Shown here: positions 30,120-38,815 of the stretch, in pieces
Layout: the number at the start of each line of letters is the position of its first letter
How positions within the stretch are numbered: the stretch's first letter is position 1
IMG/VR virus record: IMGVR_UViG_3300030406_000618
Source: an uncultured virus (IMG/VR IMGVR_UViG_3300030406_000618)
Taxonomy: Duplodnaviria > Heunggongvirae > Uroviricota > Caudoviricetes
DNA length: 64,000 nt
Reading direction: 5' to 3' (one strand)
Program-made: the position numbers and the translations under genes
The notes under the pieces: generated by a model
Seen by the model: the letters and a program-made list of their open reading frames with translations, nothing else
What the model was told of the DNA's origin: nothing
Databases searched by the model: none

Positions 30120-30389
30120 TTATTTCTCGTTCACATCTCGCCAAGACAATATGTCAGCAAACGTAACCGATAGTATATAGGTCATAAACTCATCTAGATT
30201 ATTCTCGATAAATACTCTAGTTGTCTGTATGTTTTTCTTATTGATAGCTTTTAGTGGTTGTTCTTCTGTGTCCTCAAAGCTTATCTTCAAATCCTTCATA
30301 GCCTGTATCATTGTATTTCTGATAGCTTGTTTTGGCTTATACTTAGAATATATAGAACTAAGGTATAATACTTTCTCTCGTTCTTTCAT
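30120..30389 (-). CDS. Hypothetical protein after terminase
   Basis: 89 aa ORF with AGGT RBS. Confidence 0.55.
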   Translation of the reverse strand: MKEREKVLYLSSIYSKYKPKQAIRNTMIQAMKDLKISFEDTEEQPLKAINKKNIQTTRVFIENNLDEFMTYILSVTFADILSWRDVNEK

Positions 30390-30563
30390 AATGTAGTTTA
30401 CCTAGAGTTATACTTAGATTTCTTACATGTAATTATGATACATCATCATCATAACACTAGGGTTTAGAGTTTAATTCTACATATTGCTATAGTAATAATT
30501 GTACTTGTTACCTATCAATATGGTCTATTAGTCAGAATACGTCATAACTTAAAGTTATTATTA

Positions 30564-30583
30564 CTCCTATAGTGGCACTTATT
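30564..30583 (-). promoter_or_regulatory. Phage RNAP promoter near genome end (phiOR-like position)
   Basis: AATAAGTGCCACTATAGGAG just after terL. Confidence 0.7.
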
Positions 30584-30624
30584 TATTTTTTATCATAGAG
30601 ACTGTCTTTAATAAAAATATCTTA

Positions 30625-32292
30625 TTAATAACTTATCCATGATTTAGTGTTTCCGACACCCCAATACTTTTCTAACTCCTCGTTTAACATCTCTTCTCTA
30701 CGATTTTTAAAAGCCGTATCTTGGTCTTTACTTAATTGTTGTAACCAATAGTGACAACATAACTGTAAGGCATCTATTCTATCGTCATTAGCTAGTGTGT
30801 TTGCTCCTTTTTGTAGTCTAGAGCATTGATAAAATAGCTGATATCTAAGGGCCTGCTCAGCAGAATATATACTATTAGTGCTTTCGTAGTCTTCTTTTAT
30901 TACATTTCTATCAACAATAATTCTATGCTGAGAGAATAACGGCTCTAGTGTGTCTAGTATTCTACGGTGCTTATTAGCCGTTTGACGTACATTTTCTGTA
31001 GTACAAGGATATTCTTTAGATAAATATGGTTTGAGTAAGGCTTCAAACATACCTTGACCAAAGTTTTCTTCTATCAGTATTTTCTTAACGGAATGCTTCT
31101 TAGCTATCTTTGTCAGCTTGTCTAATACATATTCTGTATATCCTGCATTAAATCCACCGATATCTACTAAAAATATATTACCGTTTAGAAACTTTGTAAC
31201 ACAATATGCGGTCTCGTCTCTGCCTTTACCTGAAGGGTCTATAGACATTACACAACCTTGATACGGCAACCATTCGCCTTGTATCTGCATAGGTCTAAAA
31301 TAGGCATCTCCCATTAACCCTACATTCGGCAAATCATTATGTTGTAACTCAGGGGAAGAAGCCCATATTACTTTCTCAGGTGCATTATCAGGGTTCAGGT
31401 TCATAACGACCAAATCGGATAACTTAAGAGGATATTTATGTAAATCAGATAGAGTAGTGTCTAACTGAAATTGCATGTTAAAACCTAGTCTTCCGTAACT
31501 AGCTTCTCTCTCAAGTAAATCTTTATCGTCAAATCTAGAAGGTTCTGTAGATTTACCTACTTCTTCTGTAGACCATGTATTTTGTATGATAGGTGCTAGG
31601 TTAGAGCCATAACTCTTTAGTTGTTCTTCACTAGGATATCTAGCAGTCCAATACCTAACTTTATAACCACGTTCTTGTAACTTATTGTAAATACTTTGCT
31701 CACACTGAGGTGTGCCTAAAAACACGATTTTAGACGTTTCTAAGGGCTTTATAATAGCTTCGAACTCTTTGATAGCTTCTGATAGCTTATCTCGCATAAA
31801 CTGCGTCTGTGTATTACCTGACGTTTCAATATCATCAGCAACAATCAAATCTGCTCTACTACCAGTTAACTGTGATGTAATACCTAGAGATTTTACACTT
31901 GGTTGGTGAGATGCTAAAGCAGGTGCAACATCAAAAGAAATCTTAGATTGTCGTTGATTTTCAGTAGGTTTTAGATGTAGTAACAACGGCATCTCAGACA
32001 ATAGTCTTAGACAAAATGTACTAAAATCGTCTGCTCTATTTTTACTAGCTGATACAACTAAGATATTTAACTTAGGGTCTAATAATAATCTCCACAATAC
32101 GTATGCAGAAGTTATCCAAGATTTACCTACACCTCTAAATGCAGATATAATCTGTCTGCTTTCTTCACTGGCTATATAATCAGCTATGTCAAACTGTATA
32201 GTTGTTGGCTCAGGTAGATTTAGATGTTTCCATACTAAGTATAAAAAATTTCTAAAATCTCTTAGAGCATCAGGTATTTGATGCGGTTGCAT
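30625..32292 (-). CDS. terL: Terminase large subunit (gp19-like)
   Basis: AFRGVGKSWITS, IVADD, IDPSGKGRDET and DDRIDAL motifs. Confidence 0.95.
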   Translation of the reverse strand: MQPHQIPDALRDFRNFLYLVWKHLNLPEPTTIQFDIADYIASEESRQIISAFRGVGKSWITSAYVLWRLLLDPKLNILVVSASKNRADDFSTFCLRLLSEMPLLLHLKPTENQRQSKISFDVAPALASHQPSVKSLGITSQLTGSRADLIVADDIETSGNTQTQFMRDKLSEAIKEFEAIIKPLETSKIVFLGTPQCEQSIYNKLQERGYKVRYWTARYPSEEQLKSYGSNLAPIIQNTWSTEEVGKSTEPSRFDDKDLLEREASYGRLGFNMQFQLDTTLSDLHKYPLKLSDLVVMNLNPDNAPEKVIWASSPELQHNDLPNVGLMGDAYFRPMQIQGEWLPYQGCVMSIDPSGKGRDETAYCVTKFLNGNIFLVDIGGFNAGYTEYVLDKLTKIAKKHSVKKILIEENFGQGMFEALLKPYLSKEYPCTTENVRQTANKHRRILDTLEPLFSQHRIIVDRNVIKEDYESTNSIYSAEQALRYQLFYQCSRLQKGANTLANDDRIDALQLCCHYWLQQLSKDQDTAFKNRREEMLNEELEKYWGVGNTKSWISY

Positions 32293-32491
32293 TAATTTTA
32301 AACGGTAGTTCTTTCATTAAGTCCTTAAGAGGGCTTTCATCATTTGGTATAGCTTCTATGCCATTATCTTTTAGAAACTGTCTAGCAACATTAAGGTCAC
32401 TAGCTTTACAGTCAGGGTCACGTACTTTCTCTAGTAACTTTTGCGTTAGTTCACTATGCAACTGATTAAGTTGTTCTTCTTTATTACTCAT
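32270..32491 (-). CDS. terS: Terminase small subunit (gp18-like)
   Basis: LH..LT..LL...ASDLNVARQFLKDNGI. Confidence 0.85.
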   Translation of the reverse strand: MSNKEEQLNQLHSELTQKLLEKVRDPDCKASDLNVARQFLKDNGIEAIPNDESPLKDLMKELPFKINATASNT

Positions 32492-32703
32492 TGTTGTCCT
32501 GCAAATATTTTAAATAATGTAACAATAGCAGTAGCTAGGCCACCCATAATTATTAATGTACGGATTGACCCTCTACCCATATTTACTGACTTTTTTAAAT
32601 CTTCTATATCCTTAGAATTTTTGTCTACTTTTTTGTCAAGTAACTCTAGTTTATTTAGTAGTTTATCTACTTTAAAATCTAGAGTTATATTATTACTTGG
32701 CAT
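32488..32703 (-). CDS. Small coiled-coil protein with C-terminal TM
   Basis: Heptad region followed by a hydrophobic helix. Confidence 0.55.
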   Translation of the reverse strand: MPSNNITLDFKVDKLLNKLELLDKKVDKNSKDIEDLKKSVNMGRGSIRTLIIMGGLATAIVTLFKIFAGQQ

Positions 32704-32863
32704 GACTTTTTAATTCTTCTTTTAATTCGTGTATTTCTTTTCGATAGTCTTTTAGTTTCTCATTTGCTTTTTCTAGTAAGTCTAGGGCGGTGTTTAGACC
32801 TATACCCCTTTCATCATACTTTTTTTGTAAACTGTGGTATTGCGATATATCTGCTTCTTGCAT
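32693..32863 (-). CDS. Coiled-coil hypothetical protein, 56 aa
   Basis: MQEADISQYHSLQKKYDE...; AAAGGA RBS. Confidence 0.55.
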   Translation of the reverse strand: MQEADISQYHSLQKKYDERGIGLNTALDLLEKANEKLKDYRKEIHELKEELKSHAK

Positions 32864-32881
32864 AGTGTTTTCCTTTCGTTG

Positions 32882-33328
32882 TTATTTAATCCCTGATAGT
32901 GGATTATTTAGTGCTTTATTTATTTTTAAATCTAGTTCTTCCTCTAGAATTTTAAAATCTTGTGATATTTCTCTTTCGTTTGCTTTTACTCTATCTTCAA
33001 TGTCATTAACAATTTTGTCTATTGACCTTACGTCTTGCTTAATATCTTTTATATCATCTCTAATTGTTATCTGCATTTGGCTAGCTACATCATTGACTAA
33101 GCTAACTTCTTCTAAAACTGTTGATATTTCTGACTTTAACACTGCTATTTGCTCGTCATACTTGCTCAGGTCAGGGCTAACAAATTCTGTAATAGCCTTT
33201 TCCATATCTAAAAATTTCTGATAATAAGTAAAAGCAGTCCAAGAAAAACCACCAAGAGTTCCTATTAAAGAGATAATGATGAAGAGTTTTCCACCCTTCA
33301 TAGATATTCCTTTGTATTCTACTTCCAT
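32882..33328 (-). CDS. Membrane-anchored coiled-coil protein
   Basis: N-terminal TM followed by a long heptad repeat. Confidence 0.65.
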   Translation of the reverse strand: MEVEYKGISMKGGKLFIIISLIGTLGGFSWTAFTYYQKFLDMEKAITEFVSPDLSKYDEQIAVLKSEISTVLEEVSLVNDVASQMQITIRDDIKDIKQDVRSIDKIVNDIEDRVKANEREISQDFKILEEELDLKINKALNNPLSGIK

Positions 33329-34506
33329 TGTAAATCTAATAATTCATTCATTGATAAATAATCCATATATAACATCCCTTGATTAACGTCTTCTATACTT
33401 TGATTTATATATAAATCTACTTCTTGATAAACTTGTGTGTCGGTAATTTGCTGACTTGTATAGCTACTAAAATCATTGTCAGCTAATATAACCATAAGTG
33501 CAATACCTGTAGTTTGTGCTTCGTTAGACATTTTATCTTTCTGACTAGCCATTAATTTGTTAGCAACCTTTTGTTTTATTTCTTTTGGTTTAGGTGCTTC
33601 TTGTTCTTCAACTTCATCAGTTGTTTCTTCTACAGGCTCTTCTACTTCTTCTGCCATTTCTTCCATTATCTCAGCTTCAATTTCCATTTCTATTTCAGCT
33701 TCAACAGTCTCTACTTCCATGACCTCAATCTCTTCTACAGGCTCTAGGTCAATCTCAAAACTTAAATCTTCTGCATAAAAATCTTCGACAACAATGTCAA
33801 ACGATACTTGTTCTATTTGTATGTCTTCAGATAAAATATCATCTACAACATCTAAAATAATATCAGTAATAATATCTACTGTTTGATATTGTATACTTAG
33901 AAAAGGGTCACTAATAATTCCGCCAAACATACCGCTAGTGTAACCTGCATCAACAGACCAAATATCCATTTTAAATACTACATCTTCGTATGTATTTTCT
34001 GACAAAGATTGTGAGTATGTATAATCTTGAACACCTACATAGTTCATTTCTACTAGATGTTCGTATTTATTTATTAGTGTTCCTGTATCATCATTAAGAA
34101 ATAATGTGATACTAAAATAATCTTTACAATCTCCGTTAGTATTAGCGCAAGAAGGCACAGTTAAATTAGACCTATGACTTTCTATAGATGCACCATATTG
34201 AAAATCAAAACCCTGTTGTATTTCTGCAACACTTAGACCTTGTTCAATAAGCGAGTATTCTTCACTAATAATACCGCCACCGTCTGTTTCGTTATATGAA
34301 CCACGTACACTTGAGTTACCAGTACAAACTTCACCGTCTAACAAAGGATTAGAATAACTACAATTAGTAGTAGATGCTTCATCATACAATGTCCATTCGT
34401 CAGCAGGAGTTACTATGTTGCCAGTATCTATTTCTTCTGCTTTAGAATAAAAGCAAACCAGTAGTAATAAGAAACAAAGTCTTATACAACGCAATGTGGT
34501 CAGCAT
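33319..34506 (-). CDS. Exported acidic protein (start uncertain)
   Basis: Signal-peptide-like CFLLLLVCFYSKA/EE, Cys pairs, Glu-rich tract. Confidence 0.65.
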   Translation of the reverse strand: MLTTLRCIRLCFLLLLVCFYSKAEEIDTGNIVTPADEWTLYDEASTTNCSYSNPLLDGEVCTGNSSVRGSYNETDGGGIISEEYSLIEQGLSVAEIQQGFDFQYGASIESHRSNLTVPSCANTNGDCKDYFSITLFLNDDTGTLINKYEHLVEMNYVGVQDYTYSQSLSENTYEDVVFKMDIWSVDAGYTSGMFGGIISDPFLSIQYQTVDIITDIILDVVDDILSEDIQIEQVSFDIVVEDFYAEDLSFEIDLEPVEEIEVMEVETVEAEIEMEIEAEIMEEMAEEVEEPVEETTDEVEEQEAPKPKEIKQKVANKLMASQKDKMSNEAQTTGIALMVILADNDFSSYTSQQITDTQVYQEVDLYINQSIEDVNQGMLYMDYLSMNELLDLQWK

Positions 34507-34996
34507 CCGAAAACTCCTGTTGTGGTTCTTCTAGTTCTAAATCTTCAAAATCAGGCCGTAACTCAGGTGATGCAAGCCACAACTCTTTGGCTTCTTCACC
34601 AATTTTTCCGTCTATCGGACACCATGTGCCTGCATTTTTCATTGCGACCCAGACACGTTTATCCTGACATAACACAGAAACACTGGCGATTTTAAGCCCT
34701 TGCTGATAAAGCATGCGAGATAATTTAAGCATTTCGCAATTCTTGTCTCTTATAGTTAAGCCACTACTTATTCCTAAGACTTGCGTTTGTACTGCTCCTG
34801 CTACTCCTGTTTTACAAATATCACTATTGACTGTATTCATGCTAGGGCTTGAAGCCGTAGGCGGAGTTTTATCAATAGTTGTTACAGTGTTTGATGAACT
34901 AACTGTATTTGTGTTTGCAAAAGCAGTACCAACAAATAAAAATAGAATGACTGTAAGAAGTCTACTTACAGATACACTCACCATTACAAAACTCAC
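34442..34996 (-). CDS. Exported Cys-containing protein with C-terminal hydrophobic anchor (start uncertain)
   Basis: Signal LLTVILFLFVGTAFA/N, four Cys, C-terminal LFLITTGLLLF. Confidence 0.65.
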   Translation of the reverse strand: MSFVMVSVSVSRLLTVILFLFVGTAFANTNTVSSSNTVTTIDKTPPTASSPSMNTVNSDICKTGVAGAVQTQVLGISSGLTIRDKNCEMLKLSRMLYQQGLKIASVSVLCQDKRVWVAMKNAGTWCPIDGKIGEEAKELWLASPELRPDFEDLELEEPQQEFSDADHIALYKTLFLITTGLLLF

Positions 34997-34999
34997 ACA

Positions 35000-35137
35000 T
35001 TAGTATTTCGCTACGAGTTTTAACTCTTCGTGGCCTGTGTTTGTTTCTTCATTGTCGATTACATTAACAACTTCTATTACTAAGTCACCGTCTGCAATCA
35101 TTTGCTTGATTAGTGCTTTAACTTGTTCTTCAGTCAT
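35000..35137 (-). CDS. Small acidic protein, 45 aa (possible tail-fibre chaperone)
   Basis: MTEEQVKALIKQMIADGDLVIEVV...; TAATG-coupled to the upstream gene. Confidence 0.6.
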   Translation of the reverse strand: MTEEQVKALIKQMIADGDLVIEVVNVIDNEETNTGHEELKLVAKY

Positions 35138-35976
35138 TATTCAGTCCTTCCATACCATTTTAATCTTCCGTAGTTCCAAGGAACTTGAGAAGATGTATAA
35201 CCTTGCACTTGTGGCGCAAGAATAAGTGTATCGACACCAAATATATTAGTCTGAGTTCCTTGTGAATATGCACTATAACCAGTCACATATACTTGACTTG
35301 AACTTGTATTGCCTGACCAAGCATGATGCTCAATCTTTGCTGACCAAAAATTACTTGGTCCACCATAGTTATTTGTGTATCTACATATCATTTCAAACCA
35401 AAGATGTTTTCTGAAATCTCTTACAATACAATTACCACCACCAAAAGGATAATAAGTAGATCCACTTCCGTTGTTGTATGAACCACCAATACCTCTAGTG
35501 TACCATGTTGAGCCTGTATCTCTGTTATTACTAGATGAGTTTAATAACTGAACACATCCCCATGAGGTTGTATGAGTAATACCACTTGATGCATAACCGA
35601 AATCATCCATTACAAGTTTCCATGTATTGTATGTACTGCTATCCATAGGTAAATGTAATTCTAAAGGATATTGACCGCCAGTTTGGTAATGACTTGTGGA
35701 AGAAATGTCATCTATTTCAGTAACGACAGTCCATTCACCACCGCCACCTCCACCGCCACCGCCTGAGCCTGCGCCTTTAGCCATGAACGACCAGTAACTT
35801 CCGTTTATTGTTCCACCTGTTGAAGGTGCTTGGTTTGTGGAATTGGCTACTGCAATATAGGTAGAAAGTGTACCTGCATCATCATACTGTACGACATCCT
35901 TCTCCGTATAGGCAGTAGAACTAGACCAAGTACCTTTATCGACAAATGCTATTTTGCCTAAGTCTATTGTAGCCAT
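35137..35976 (-). CDS. Distal tail-fibre / receptor-binding protein
   Basis: MATIDLGKI..KGTWSSSTAY..DVV adaptor, poly-Gly hinge, aromatic/Gly-rich C-terminal domain. Confidence 0.7.
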   Translation of the reverse strand: MATIDLGKIAFVDKGTWSSSTAYTEKDVVQYDDAGTLSTYIAVANSTNQAPSTGGTINGSYWSFMAKGAGSGGGGGGGGGEWTVVTEIDDISSTSHYQTGGQYPLELHLPMDSSTYNTWKLVMDDFGYASSGITHTTSWGCVQLLNSSSNNRDTGSTWYTRGIGGSYNNGSGSTYYPFGGGNCIVRDFRKHLWFEMICRYTNNYGGPSNFWSAKIEHHAWSGNTSSSQVYVTGYSAYSQGTQTNIFGVDTLILAPQVQGYTSSQVPWNYGRLKWYGRTE

Positions 35977-35992
35977 ATATTTTTCTCCATTA

Positions 35993-38815
35993 TTATATTG
36001 TTGCTCTTAATTCACCTGTCGTTGTTATCGACCAAGTAAAACCTGTTGATGCGTACACAACATCATCAAATGTTGCATATGTTGATGAACTGATATTATC
36101 TTGTCCACCATTTGTTGTAGTAACTTGTAAAACACCAGTTCCTACATTGTAATTAAATCCATAAATTTCAGGACTTGCAGTTGTACTACTACCAGTTGAA
36201 CTAATTGTTAAAGTATTAGCATTGTCATCATAAGCTAAGTTTATATTTGTACCTGCTTGTAATAAGCCATTAACTCTGTCATCAACTCTTTCATCAGTAA
36301 AATAAAGATTAGAACCTTCACTTAAAGCACTTGTGCTAGAAGGAACATCAGTAGCATTAGCTAATTCTATCCAGTTACCACCATGTGCATAGTAACCTTT
36401 ACCTGTTGCATGAACGTGTGCAAACATACCATGATATGTAGTAGCACTAGGTAAATCACTAAGTTGTGCATACATATTTGCAAACTTAATTTTACCAGTG
36501 GTAGTAATATCGTTACTACCCATATCAAGATTAGAACCTGTAATAGCACTGGTTGCTCTTGCGTTAGTAAAGTATAAATTTGATGAACCTTCAGATAATG
36601 CATCAGTATTATGATTTGATATGTCTGAAGTTTGTCCTGTAACATTACCTGTTACATTACCAGTAAGATTGCCTTCTACTGTGCCTGCAACAAAAGTCTC
36701 ACTACCAATAGTCCACTTGTCTGCGCTTTCATCCCACTGAAAAGTTTTGTTAGAGGAACTTCCTCGACTTACTTCAATACCAACATTTTCTGTAGGTGTG
36801 CCAGTAGCATTACTGTTTAATAAAATTTTGTTATCTGCAAGTTCGATTGTTTCGGTATTTACAGTAGTTGTAGTTCCGCTTACAGTTAAATTACCACCAA
36901 TAACTGCATTACCAGTTGTAGTTATAGAAGGTAAATTACCGCTTGAAAGTCTTGCATCAACTCTTGCATCTGTATAATAAAGATTTGTAGAGCCTTCAGA
37001 TAAGTCATCTGTAGTAGATGAATTTAAACCTTGTGTAGATATTACACCAGTAGATGAATTATAATTTAAATCACCTGATACTGATATAGAACCTCTTGCT
37101 CTTGCTTGAGTAAAGTATTGGTTAGTTGAACCTTCAGATAAAGAATCTGTATCAGGATTAGCAGTAGCACTTGCAGCTATGCCTGATAATTTTGTTTTCT
37201 CAGCATCAGTGAAAGCATTAGTATCATTATTGTTTTCATAAGCTGTTTTAATTTCAGCATCAGATTGATCTGCAGTTGCACCTGTTTCAATACCACTTAA
37301 TTTTGTATTTAAAGCTGTAGTATAAGAAGCAGTAGTTGCATCTAATACTGAACTGTGAGCCTGGACATCAGATCCAATAGCAACACCCATGTTAGTTCTA
37401 GCAGTTCCTGCATTTGGTAAATCAGATAAATTATTTGACTTTTGTAAAAAAGTAGTTCCTGAACTATAAGCATCTACCCATGCACTTCCTGTGTAAACTT
37501 TCATAGCTCCAGAGCTAGAATTAAAATATAAAGCACCAGCAACTAAAGCATTTCCGTCATTATCTACACTAGGATCTGAACTTTTTGGTCCTAAATATCT
37601 GTCGTCAAAACTATCAAAAGAAGCTAAAGCACTATCCCTTGCAGATTCAGCAGCTGTTTGTGCTGAAGCAGCAGCACTTTGACTCGAGGCTGCAGCAGTA
37701 GCTGAGTTATTTGCGTTTGTAGCTTGTGTAGTAGCAGTTGTTGCTGAATTACTTGCGTTAGTTTCAGATGTTGCAGCAGCTGTCGCTGAGTTTGCTGAAG
37801 CAGTAGCACTATTAGCAGCATTGGTTTCTGAAGTAGCAGCTGCACTTGCACTATTGGTTGCACTAGTCGCTTGAGTAGATGCTGTAGTAGCACTAGTTGC
37901 TGCGTTTGTTTCTGAAGTAGCAGCATTATTCGCTGATGTAACACTTTCTGCTGCTTTGGTTGTTGCTGTGGTTGCAGATGTTGCTGCATTTGTTTCGGAT
38001 GTTGCTGCGTTAGTCGCTGATGTAGCAGCTTCAGTTGCTTTAGTTGTAGCAGTTGTAGCTGATGCCGCTGCGTTACTTTCTGAAGTAGAGGCTGCAGATG
38101 CCGAACTAGCAGCATTTGTAGCTGACGTAGTAGCTGTTGCAGCGTCTACTACTAATTCATATTTTGCACTATTTGCATTTGTAGTAAGAGGCTGAGAACC
38201 AGATGATGTGTGCGATTCTAATACAATAAATACATTATTTGTAGATGTGTCTTTAACTAAATCTCTTTTGTTATAACTTGTACTTGCAGCCCAGTTACCT
38301 CTAAATACACCTAATTCTTGAGTAGCATCAAATCCATCACCAGAACTATTAATAGCAAGAACTTTGTTTGCTATCAGTTCTCCAGGTAAATCTGCATTAA
38401 AGGTTGTAGTACTAGTTACAGGATATTGTAATGTTCTTAAAAATTTTTCTTCTAACTGTTGCATCATAGCAACAATCTTGTCTAATTCTGTATTTAGAGT
38501 CTGTATTGGAAAATTACCAGATACTGGAAAGTCAGAAGTTCTAGCAATAGCTACATCTCTAATAATAGTAATAACATCATTTAGGGTAGCACCTGATCCA
38601 CCTAGTGTTATAGATCCCCCACCTGTAACACCTGCACCAATTACACTGTATTGTGATGCAGATGAAGGTGAGTTGCTGTAAGTAAGGAGTGTCGTACCAT
38701 TGAAAACTTTTAAATCTGCTACGTCAAAAAATTCAAAACTAACAGCAAATGTAGTTTGTCCAGACGTAGCTGTATATTGATTTTTGGGTGTTGTATCACT
38801 TATTTGTAATGCCAT
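35993..38815 (-). CDS. Tail fibre spanning the A/B join (phage B N-terminus, shared or phage A C-terminus)
   Basis: gp17-like N-terminus, ATSETNAA repeats, LSEGSxNxYxT repeats; contains repeat copy 2. Confidence 0.85.
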   Translation of the reverse strand: MALQISDTTPKNQYTATSGQTTFAVSFEFFDVADLKVFNGTTLLTYSNSPSSASQYSVIGAGVTGGGSITLGGSGATLNDVITIIRDVAIARTSDFPVSGNFPIQTLNTELDKIVAMMQQLEEKFLRTLQYPVTSTTTFNADLPGELIANKVLAINSSGDGFDATQELGVFRGNWAASTSYNKRDLVKDTSTNNVFIVLESHTSSGSQPLTTNANSAKYELVVDAATATTSATNAASSASAASTSESNAAASATTATTKATEAATSATNAATSETNAATSATTATTKAAESVTSANNAATSETNAATSATTASTQATSATNSASAAATSETNAANSATASANSATAAATSETNASNSATTATTQATNANNSATAAASSQSAAASAQTAAESARDSALASFDSFDDRYLGPKSSDPSVDNDGNALVAGALYFNSSSGAMKVYTGSAWVDAYSSGTTFLQKSNNLSDLPNAGTARTNMGVAIGSDVQAHSSVLDATTASYTTALNTKLSGIETGATADQSDAEIKTAYENNNDTNAFTDAEKTKLSGIAASATANPDTDSLSEGSTNQYFTQARARGSISVSGDLNYNSSTGVISTQGLNSSTTDDLSEGSTNLYYTDARVDARLSSGNLPSITTTGNAVIGGNLTVSGTTTTVNTETIELADNKILLNSNATGTPTENVGIEVSRGSSSNKTFQWDESADKWTIGSETFVAGTVEGNLTGNVTGNVTGQTSDISNHNTDALSEGSSNLYFTNARATSAITGSNLDMGSNDITTTGKIKFANMYAQLSDLPSATTYHGMFAHVHATGKGYYAHGGNWIELANATDVPSSTSALSEGSNLYFTDERVDDRVNGLLQAGTNINLAYDDNANTLTISSTGSSTTASPEIYGFNYNVGTGVLQVTTTNGGQDNISSSTYATFDDVVYASTGFTWSITTTGELRATI
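36647..37240. repeat. Direct repeat copy 2 of shared tail-fibre segment
   Basis: Matches window positions 1-~590. Confidence 0.95.

Larger units (their letters stand above)
1..36646 (-). mobile_element. Phage A: apparently complete circularly permuted T7-like (HTVC019P-type-like) phage genome with integrase
   Basis: Complete T7-like gene order on one strand; joining 36646 to 1 restores an in-frame tail-fibre gene of about 986 aa. Confidence 0.88.

Noticed and set aside
36647..37240. Repeat pair as DGR template/variable repeats or as attL/attR
   Set aside because: No reverse transcriptase, mismatches are not adenine-specific, and the repeat is long coding homology far from the integrase
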